Origin: Pseudidiomarina andamanensis | GTDB taxonomy: Bacteria; Pseudomonadota; Gammaproteobacteria; Enterobacterales; Alteromonadaceae | Assembly (NCBI RefSeq): GCF_009734345.1 | Contig: NZ_CP032551.1 | Location: 2,280,001-2,312,000, forward strand | Length of the DNA: 32,000 nucleotides | Direction of reading: 5' to 3' | Part shown: piece by piece, positions 25,801-32,000 of the stretch | Layout of the letters: each line of letters begins with the position of its first letter | Position numbering within the stretch: position 1 is the stretch's first letter | The notes under the pieces: generated by a model | Told to the model about the DNA's origin: nothing | Databases searched by the model: none | What the model saw: only the letters and a program-made list of their open reading frames with translations | Made by a program: the position numbers and the translations under genes

Positions 25801-27119
25801 CTGTTCCACATGTAGTAGAGCCACTGGCCGAGACGTCGCAGCTGCGGTAGCGGAAACTTCGGTAAAGGCGACTCATAGAACGGAAGCGCCGGCAACTTTT
25901 CACCCATCGCTAATTCAGCGACACGCTGCCCAGCTAACTGGGTGAACGTAACGCCAGCACCACAATAGCCCATACTAGTGAATACATTCGTAGCTGGGCT
26001 ATAAATTCGCGGATAATCATCTAATGCCACTGATACCCAACCACTCCAATTGAACTCTGGTTTTTCTCGGCTTAACTGAGTTAAAGCGGGGAAAGTATCT
26101 GCCATTGCACGCAGCAAATTACGTTGATATTTCTCTTTGTGTGCGTCTTTTCCGCGAATGGCACCGCGTCCACCAAATAACAACCGGCCATCTGGTAGTA
26201 ATCTGAAGTAATATTTCAGCGTACGGGTATCCATCACTAACTCATGCGGTGCAACACCTATTGCGCTGCGCTCTTCGTCAGTTAGTATGCGAGTCACAAG
26301 AACACTAGAGAGCACCGGTAAACTGCGGCCATGAATGGCTGGGTGGAGATGATTCGGCGTATAACCGTTTGTAGCAACAATTACTTTCTTAGCTCGAATA
26401 GTGCCTTTGGGTGTCGTTAAATGATGCGAATTGTCACTATCGGTTCGCCACAGCTCGACAGGCGCGTTCTCAACTAGAATGGCACCGGCTTCTGCAGCTT
26501 GACGTGCAACACTTGCCAATAGCAATAATGGATTAACCCCAAAGCTTTGCGAAAAATGGATTGCAGCGTGTGCTTGCGGGCTTTTAACCCGCTGTTGAAT
26601 GGCATGATAATCCAACCACTGCGTCGTTGGTTCATACTGGCATAAAGCTTGATACTGTTGCTGAAGCTCCGGAATTGCTGCTGCTTTGTGAGCAATCTTT
26701 AAATAACCACCGCGTTGTACTTGTAGGCTCTCAGGACATGCTTTTAAGTGGCGTTCTAATCGCTGAAAAGCTAGCTGATATTCGTACTGAATACCCTGTG
26801 CAACGGCTTCGCCACGACGTTTCTTCCATGCCACATAACCTAGTCGACCAGTACCCGGCATAGCAAAGCCGGCATTGCGAGTAGAACAGCCCCAGCCAAG
26901 CTGATTGGCCTCTACCACAACCACACGCTGTTGATAACGCTCGGCAAGCTCTAGAGCAGCATTCAATCCGGTATAACCGGCACCAATAACGACAATGTCG
27001 GCTTGCTCCGGCAACGATTCAGAGCACTGTGGCCAAGCAGTTTGGGTGTGAGTGTGCCAATAACTTGCAGGGTAAGGTTGGTTTGGGCCTGGAGTTTTAT
27101 CATGAAGAGGATCGTACAT
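25788..27119 (-). CDS. FAD-dependent oxidoreductase (DAO family, PuuB/amine-oxidase-like)
   Basis: It has the N-terminal dinucleotide fold VVIGAGYTGLNAALELA, and its length and C-terminal pattern are typical of DAO-family flavoenzymes. The substrate is not inferable. Confidence 0.8.
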   Translation of the reverse strand: MYDPLHDKTPGPNQPYPASYWHTHTQTAWPQCSESLPEQADIVVIGAGYTGLNAALELAERYQQRVVVVEANQLGWGCSTRNAGFAMPGTGRLGYVAWKKRRGEAVAQGIQYEYQLAFQRLERHLKACPESLQVQRGGYLKIAHKAAAIPELQQQYQALCQYEPTTQWLDYHAIQQRVKSPQAHAAIHFSQSFGVNPLLLLASVARQAAEAGAILVENAPVELWRTDSDNSHHLTTPKGTIRAKKVIVATNGYTPNHLHPAIHGRSLPVLSSVLVTRILTDEERSAIGVAPHELVMDTRTLKYYFRLLPDGRLLFGGRGAIRGKDAHKEKYQRNLLRAMADTFPALTQLSREKPEFNWSGWVSVALDDYPRIYSPATNVFTSMGYCGAGVTFTQLAGQRVAELAMGEKLPALPFYESPLPKFPLPQLRRLGQWLYYMWNSVIR

Positions 27120-27138
27120 AGCGCCAGGCCTTTTTAAT

Positions 27139-27696
27139 TTAGAATTTCAGTATCATTTCACCAGCAGTACAGTAGCAAACGCCATCGCAGACAGGGCAAT
27201 GGTAACCTTCGTTAATCGACAGATCATACCAACGCTTGTTGTGCTCGCGAATCAATTCGCCACCGCAACGCGTAAAATATTCAAACGCTGCATTTTGTGG
27301 GCTTTGCATCCAAATATGGGCTAAACCTGCTTTACAACCAAGCTTCTTCGCTTCAGTTATTGAGCGCTCTAGTAAGCCACGACCAATACCGCCACCACGT
27401 ACGTCAGGGTCAACCGCCACACATTTAAAGTAACAGATTTGTTCGGGCGGAACAGGCCAATCAGATGGACTACAGTGACCATCGATATCCCAGTTACCCG
27501 GGGCGAAGGTCAACCGAATACCCGCTAATTTGCCATCAGCAAAGGCAAGCCAATTCAAATTAATGTCGCCCACGCGGCCGCGTTGGTCGTAGTCAGCAAG
27601 TGATTCTGGCGTCAAATAGTTGTCGCCATGAACGCGGTTGCCTAATTCAAGTACGGCCGCGTAATCGGCGGCCGTCAGTTGCTTGTATTCAATCAT
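27139..27696 (-). CDS. GNAT-family N-acetyltransferase with a Cys-rich C-terminal tail
   Basis: The acetyl-CoA box is VAVDPDVRGGGIGRGLLE. The C-terminus is EGYHCPVCDGVCYCTAGEMILKF. The ATG lies 5 nt from element copy 8. Confidence 0.8.
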   Translation of the reverse strand: MIEYKQLTAADYAAVLELGNRVHGDNYLTPESLADYDQRGRVGDINLNWLAFADGKLAGIRLTFAPGNWDIDGHCSPSDWPVPPEQICYFKCVAVDPDVRGGGIGRGLLERSITEAKKLGCKAGLAHIWMQSPQNAAFEYFTRCGGELIREHNKRWYDLSINEGYHCPVCDGVCYCTAGEMILKF

Positions 27697-27701
27697 AAGT
27701 T

Positions 27702-27791
27702 CGTTGTTCGTTAATCGTTAATCGTTATTCGTAGGTTATTTGTCACTTCGCTTTTCCTTTTCGAATAACGAATAACCAATAACGAATAACG
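27702..27791 (+). repeat. 7-mer-armed palindromic intergenic element, copy 8 (short core)
   Basis: Left arm 27702-27731 is CGTTGTT CGTTAAT CGTTAAT CGTTATT CG. The 30-nt core is TAGGTTATTTGTCACTTCGCTTTTCCTTTT. Right arm 27762-27791 is CGAATAA CGAATAA CCAATAA CGAATAA CG. It lies between the ahcY stop (3 nt away) and the GNAT start (5 nt away). Confidence 0.88.
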
Positions 27792-27794
27792 TTT

Positions 27795-29159
27795 TTAGTA
27801 GCGGTAGTCGTCAGACTTGAATGGTCCCTCGACGGCTACGTGAATGTAATCCGCTTGCTGCTGCGTTAATTTCGTCACCACGCCACCGAAACCTTGCACC
27901 ATATAACGAGCAACTTCCTCGTCGAGCTGCTTCGGCAACACTTCAACGCGAAGCTTGGCAGTTTTTTCAGACGCTGGCAAGTCAGCAAATTTTTCTTCGA
28001 ACAAGTGCATTTGCGCTAATACCTGGTTGGCAAACGAGCCATCCATGATGCGGCTTGGGTGACCCGTCGCGTTGCCTAAGTTTACCAATCGACCTTCTGA
28101 CAAAAGCAACAAATAGTCGTTGTCGTCGTCGCTACGATAGATCTTGTGAACTTGAGGTTTTACTTCGTCCCAGCGCCAGTTATCACGCATAAACTTGGTA
28201 TCAATTTCGTTATCGAAGTGACCGATGTTACAAACCACAGCAGTAGATTTCAATGCCGCCAGCATATAGCGGTCGCACACATTCACGTTACCGGTAGTGG
28301 TGACAATCAGGTCAATATTCTGCAATAAGTCACGGTTGATGCCTTCAGCAGAATTCGTATTCACGCCATTAATGTATGGCGAAACGACTTCGTAACCATC
28401 CATACACGCTTGCATGGCACAAATTGGGTCAACTTCAGTCACTTTGACGATCATGCCTTCTTGGCGCAAGCTGGCAGCTGAGCCTTTACCGACATCGCCG
28501 TAACCAACAACCAATGCTTTCTTACCTGATAATAAGTGATCAGTTGCACGCTTAATCGCATCATTCAAAGAGTGACGGCAACCGTACTTGTTGTCGTTCT
28601 TTGACTTGGTGACGGAGTCGTTTACGTTGATAGCTGGTACACGTAAAGTCCCGTGCTTCAACATTTCGAGTAAACGGTGTACACCTGTTGTGGTTTCTTC
28701 CGTAATGCCGTGAATTTTGTCGAGCATTTGTGGGTATTTATCATGAATTAACAGGGTCAAATCACCACCGTCATCCAAAATCATGTTGGCATCCCAAAGC
28801 TCGCCATCTTTGCGACATGTCTGCTCCAAACACCACTCGTACTCTTCTTCCGTTTCGCCTTTCCAAGCAAATACAGGCACACCAGCTGCTGCCATTGCTG
28901 CTGCAGCATGATCTTGCGTCGAGAAAATGTTGCAAGAAGACCAGCGAACTTCTGCACCCAATTCAATCAACGTTTCAATTAGTACCGCTGTTTGAATGGT
29001 CATGTGAATACAGCCAATGATGCGCGCGCCAGACAATGGTTTGCTATCAGCGTACTTACGACGAATGGTCATCAACGCTGGCATTTCTGATTCAGCGATA
29101 GCGATTTCTTTGCGGCCCCAATCGGCCAAGCTGATGTCTGCGACTTTGTAATCTTGCAT
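27795..29159 (-). CDS. ahcY: Adenosylhomocysteinase (S-adenosyl-L-homocysteine hydrolase)
   Basis: [27 protein letters not shown] is the canonical SahH N-terminus. Also present are the NAD fold [20 protein letters not shown] and [17 protein letters not shown]. Confidence 0.96.
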   Translation of the reverse strand: MQDYKVADISLADWGRKEIAIAESEMPALMTIRRKYADSKPLSGARIIGCIHMTIQTAVLIETLIELGAEVRWSSCNIFSTQDHAAAAMAAAGVPVFAWKGETEEEYEWCLEQTCRKDGELWDANMILDDGGDLTLLIHDKYPQMLDKIHGITEETTTGVHRLLEMLKHGTLRVPAINVNDSVTKSKNDNKYGCRHSLNDAIKRATDHLLSGKKALVVGYGDVGKGSAASLRQEGMIVKVTEVDPICAMQACMDGYEVVSPYINGVNTNSAEGINRDLLQNIDLIVTTTGNVNVCDRYMLAALKSTAVVCNIGHFDNEIDTKFMRDNWRWDEVKPQVHKIYRSDDDNDYLLLLSEGRLVNLGNATGHPSRIMDGSFANQVLAQMHLFEEKFADLPASEKTAKLRVEVLPKQLDEEVARYMVQGFGGVVTKLTQQQADYIHVAVEGPFKSDDYRY

Positions 29160-29175
29160 ATAAAACCTCTTAATT

Positions 29176-29315
29176 CGTTATTCGTTACTCGTTACTCGTT
29201 ATTCGTAGTTCTGCTCGCTGGTTCACTCTTCATAGCGATTCGCACATTTTTCTGTGCGGTAACTGCTGTCATTCGCTTTTTTTCTCGAATAACCAATAAC
29301 GAACAACGAATAACG
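29176..29315 (+). repeat. 7-mer-armed palindromic intergenic element, copy 9 (long form, core forward)
   Basis: Left arm 29176-29205 is CGTTATT CGTTACT CGTTACT CGTTATT CG. The core has CTGCTCGCTGG, TTTTTCTGTGCGG and CGCTTTTTTTCTCG boxes. Right arm 29286-29315 is CGAATAA CCAATAA CGAACAA CGAATAA CG. It lies between the kinase stop (9 nt away) and the ahcY start (16 nt away). Confidence 0.9.
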
Positions 29316-29324
29316 CTCTTTCTT

Positions 29325-30362
29325 TTAATTAAATTCTGGTTCGTGCTGTAAGCGAATCAACAACTGCTGCTGCCGATCAAGACTCAACCGTGGGCCAAAA
29401 TTCGAAACCACCTCTGCTGCCGCATGACTAGCTAGCAAACCGCAAGCAGCTAACGAATAGTTACGCGTTAAACCATACATCATGGCGCCCGCAAACATAT
29501 CACCCGCACCGTTCGTATCGACCGCTTTAACTTTAACGCCAGGAACAATAACCTGACGTTCACCGTCGCCTAACAAAGCGCCGTTTTTGCCAAGTGTGAT
29601 CGCGACTAAATCAGCGTGTTGCTGCAATTGTTGTAGCGCTTCTTGTACGTCGGTCGTGCCAGTTAAGATCCCAGCTTCTTCTTCATTACAGAAAAGCACA
29701 TCAACGCCACCATCAAGAATCAAATCAATACCATCACGGAAGTATTTGACCATGGCAGGGTCAGAGCACGTAACTGCTATCTTTGTACCGTTGGCTCGAG
29801 CGATTTCTTTGGCGCGAACAATGGCTTCTCGCGCAATCATTGAAGTCACCAAGTAACCTTCAATGTAGAGGTACTGGGCTCGTGCAATGGCATCTTCGTC
29901 TAGCTCATCAACTGATAAATCAGCGGTGATACCTAAATAAGTGCGCATGGTGCGTTCGGCATCAGGGGTAACCATCACCAAACAACGACCGGTTTTGCCT
30001 TCGTGCTTTTGGCTACCTGTATTCGTGGTAATGCCGACCTGTTCTAGGTCTTCACAATAAAATTTACCGGCTTGGTCATCAGCAACTTTACAGCAGTAAA
30101 ATGCTTTACCACCAAACTGGGCAAAACCAACTAACGAGTTGGCTGCAGAACCACCGCCAGATTGTTTCTTCAGTTCGCCGCGCTGAGCCAAGAGTTTAAT
30201 TAGTCGTTCTTGGTCCTCATCTTCTATCAGCGTCATCATGCCTTTTTCAATTTGATGCTGCTGTAGAAATTCGTCAGTGATTTCAAATTCCTGATCAACG
30301 AGCGCGTTGCCAATTCCAACGATATCAATAGGTTCCATGCCTTTCTCGTATAAGGTTTTCAT
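29325..30362 (-). CDS. PfkB-family kinase, adenosine-kinase-like
   Basis: The N-terminus is IVGIGNALVDQEF. The diglycine box is GGGSAANS and the C-terminal ATP/anion-hole box is DTNGAGDMFAGA. The start is ambiguous: ATG at 30362 (MKTLYEKG) or 30338 (MEPIDIVG). The TTG at 30377 lies inside the folE2 terminator and is unlikely. Confidence 0.8.
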   Translation of the reverse strand: MKTLYEKGMEPIDIVGIGNALVDQEFEITDEFLQQHQIEKGMMTLIEDEDQERLIKLLAQRGELKKQSGGGSAANSLVGFAQFGGKAFYCCKVADDQAGKFYCEDLEQVGITTNTGSQKHEGKTGRCLVMVTPDAERTMRTYLGITADLSVDELDEDAIARAQYLYIEGYLVTSMIAREAIVRAKEIARANGTKIAVTCSDPAMVKYFRDGIDLILDGGVDVLFCNEEEAGILTGTTDVQEALQQLQQHADLVAITLGKNGALLGDGERQVIVPGVKVKAVDTNGAGDMFAGAMMYGLTRNYSLAACGLLASHAAAEVVSNFGPRLSLDRQQQLLIRLQHEPEFN

Positions 30363-30373
30363 TAGGTTATAAA

Positions 30374-30412
30374 ACAAAAAAATCCGGCCGCAAAGTATAC
30401 CGCAGCCGGATT
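30374..30412 (-). terminator. Rho-independent terminator after folE2
   Basis: The minus strand reads AATCCGGCTGCGG-TATACTTT-GCGGCCGGATT followed by T7. The stem is about 10 bp with one G-U position. Confidence 0.75.
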
Positions 30413-30430
30413 AGTAGGTCGATAAATTGG

Positions 30431-31369
30431 TTAAGCTTTGTAACCGCCAGGCACGCCTTTGGTGGTGATGCTCACAGCGTCATGAGCGTGCAATGATTCG
30501 TAGTGATTTACGCGCACCCAGAAATCGGAGAATTGCGACTGCAAATTCAGTGCATGCTGTAAACGACGAGCGGCGTCTTCACAGAACATCAAGTTCTGAC
30601 CGTTCAATCGTGCAAACTCTTGTTCGTCTTCACGTTTCACCGCGGCTTGAACTGGCGTCTTCAACGCATCTTCAATTGCATCAATAAGAGCAATAATCGG
30701 TAGCTCTGACACATTGTCGCCCATGATTACTTTCACTTGAGCAATCGAACGCTGACTGTGTGGGGTCGCCACAATACCTTGTGTGGTGCCTAACCAGCGA
30801 TGCACCAGTTCCGCATCCACTTCGCTGTCCGTACCAAATTGGTTTGCAAAGGCTTCTTGAATCAATTGACGTGCCAAAGCCGCTGAACACGGGCAGGTGC
30901 TTGAATATGGCACTTCAACACCCAGTTCGAGGTTCAGTTTGCCACTGTCATAGCGACCAGTTACGGTGACAGGGTAGGCTTTCCAACCTTGCTTTTTGCT
31001 GATCAGTGACTTGCGACGCAAGTGATAATCAAAACTAAATTTCACGTAAGCTTGATCTGCAAGCCCATCGTGACTATCTATAAAGTCGTGCAATAATTTA
31101 CCGAGCGACTGATGGCTAAGTACGTCATTGTTTGATAAATCTTCCAACAGCAGGTAAAGGCGAGACATGTGTATGCCTTTCGCTTTCGGATCGGTAAGAT
31201 TGACAAATGCATCAACGTGAGCGCTTACTGGGCGCTCAGGTTCTTGTGCAGCACCGACCACCAGAGGCATCTCGATATTACTCATGCCGACCCAATCGAG
31301 TTTACCCTCGGTTTGTGCGCGAGTTTGATTGGCGATATCTGGCATCATTGTTGGTGTAGCTGTTGGCAT
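30431..31369 (-). CDS. folE2: GTP cyclohydrolase FolE2 (GCYH-IB)
   Basis: [35 protein letters not shown] and the length (about 310 aa) are characteristic of the FolE2/MptA family (COG1469). Confidence 0.88.
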   Translation of the reverse strand: MPTATPTMMPDIANQTRAQTEGKLDWVGMSNIEMPLVVGAAQEPERPVSAHVDAFVNLTDPKAKGIHMSRLYLLLEDLSNNDVLSHQSLGKLLHDFIDSHDGLADQAYVKFSFDYHLRRKSLISKKQGWKAYPVTVTGRYDSGKLNLELGVEVPYSSTCPCSAALARQLIQEAFANQFGTDSEVDAELVHRWLGTTQGIVATPHSQRSIAQVKVIMGDNVSELPIIALIDAIEDALKTPVQAAVKREDEQEFARLNGQNLMFCEDAARRLQHALNLQSQFSDFWVRVNHYESLHAHDAVSITTKGVPGGYKA

Positions 31370-31527
31370 GCTTGTACGGCTCCAAACGTTAAAAATACTG
31401 ATCCCTGCAAAAGGGGGCGATAGTATACAAGAATTATGCTCAATACGGTAGTTTGCCAGATTGGGTTTATAACCGAAGGAAAAGTTTTCGATTAGGTGAA
31501 TCGAAAAATATGGATAAGGAAAGCACG

Positions 31528-31866
31528 ATGTTGGATGAAAAGCTTTTAGAGCAGTATCACGAGCTGCTTGGGAATGAAGGCGTACACGAAATGTACAATA
31601 CCTTTAGTGACAACATTGCCGGTTACTTAGACCACCTGCAACATGTGGTGAAGAAACGTGATGAAGCTGAAACGCGGCGGCAAGCACATAAAGTGAAAGG
31701 AGCCTGTCGTTCAGTTGGCTTGCGTCAACTAGCGAGTCAAATGGAGCGTTTAGAGCGTGAAGAGTGGCATTGGGATGATGCAGATGACTTGCTGGAGCAG
31801 TGGGCCGTTGAATTGCCACTGCACCAGCATCAATTACGTCGTTGGTTACATGCGCGGGGCATTTAG
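31528..31866 (+). CDS. Hpt-domain phosphotransfer protein (LuxU-like size)
   Basis: The [11 protein letters not shown] motif (H-x-x-K-G with a phospho-accepting His) lies in a helical protein of about 112 aa. The start is ambiguous: ATG at 31528 with an AAGGAAA Shine-Dalgarno, or ATG at 31510. Confidence 0.7.
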   Translation: MLDEKLLEQYHELLGNEGVHEMYNTFSDNIAGYLDHLQHVVKKRDEAETRRQAHKVKGACRSVGLRQLASQMERLEREEWHWDDADDLLEQWAVELPLHQHQLRRWLHARGI

Positions 31867-32000
31867 TGACGGTTGCTCAAGATGTTGAATTGAAACGTCA
31901 CCAATAAAGCGATAGCCCTCACCATGAATGGTCGTAATGAGGTTCGGCGAATCAGGCTGAGCCTCAAAGTGACGACGGATACGACGAATTGCAACGTCAA
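31846..32000 (-). CDS. C-terminal end of an OmpR/PhoB-family winged-helix response regulator (partial, runs out of the window)
   Basis: The reverse-strand translation is [50 protein letters not shown]-stop. The VDV.IRR.R.K....P....I.T..G.GYRF pattern is diagnostic of the trans_reg_C domain. It is absent from the ORF track because its start lies outside the window. It overlaps the Hpt gene's 3' end by 21 nt. Confidence 0.6.
   Translation of the reverse strand, partial: DVAIRRIRRHFEAQPDSPNLITTIHGEGYRFIGDVSIQHLEQPSLNAPRM

Noticed and set aside
29160-29324. SAH riboswitch upstream of ahcY
   Set aside because: A riboswitch is expected from knowledge of other proteobacteria. The leader here is entirely heptamer element plus a Shine-Dalgarno, and none of the GC-rich conserved riboswitch segments is visible. 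A covariance-model scan would be decisive.
29154-29351. ORF-track ORFs running through the elements (29154-29351 +, 21078-21281 -, 25563-25784 +, 19073-19309 -)
   Set aside because: They are open only because the AT-rich heptamers lack stops in that frame. They give low-complexity translations (for example [11 protein letters not shown]), have no Shine-Dalgarno, and overlap well-supported genes or repeats.
31370-31452. Zur box upstream of folE2
   Set aside because: FolE2 is often Zur-regulated as a zinc-independent paralogue. However, I see no AT-rich palindrome of the GAAATGTTATAACATTTC type in this promoter region.

Overview
This is a chromosomal, mostly housekeeping segment of a gammaproteobacterium. 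The gene order (argR<>mdh, ispB-rplU-rpmA-obg-folA), together with AcnB, FolE2, a rhombosortase-like rhomboid and many lipoproteins, suggests a marine Alteromonadales/Vibrionales-like organism; that placement is inference only. I call 32 protein-coding genes, two of them cut by the window edges. I see no rRNA, tRNA, CRISPR array, transposase, integrase or phage gene. The most striking signal is non-coding. Nine intergenic gaps hold copies of one palindromic element whose arms are tandem 7-nt repeats, (CGTTATT)n on the left and (CGAATAA)n on the right. Between the arms is a semi-conserved core that occurs in both orientations. The copies sum to 1146 bp, about 3.6% of the window. They sit within 0-9 nt of stop codons or overlap them, and they replace most conventional terminators. 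They also occupy the 5' leaders of folA, ahcY and a GNAT gene. I do not recognise the element as any named repeat family. The second candidate is a tightly packed six-gene operon of exported proteins at 4807-9896. It encodes a Gly-zipper lipoprotein, an LpoB-like protein, a helical-repeat lipoprotein, a YcfL-like protein, a secreted protein and an S41-peptidase-like lipoprotein. The S41-like protein appears to lack the catalytic Lys, and its TTG start codon lies inside a 13-bp hairpin. Smaller observations are a short rhomboid (rhombosortase-like) gene directly after mdh, a folE2-adenosine kinase-ahcY-GNAT-FAD oxidoreductase string with no SAH riboswitch, an S33 hydrolase coupled to a NatAB-like ABC exporter, and an Hpt gene whose 3' end overlaps a convergent response-regulator gene. 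All protein calls rest on motif and sequence recognition from memory, not on searches.
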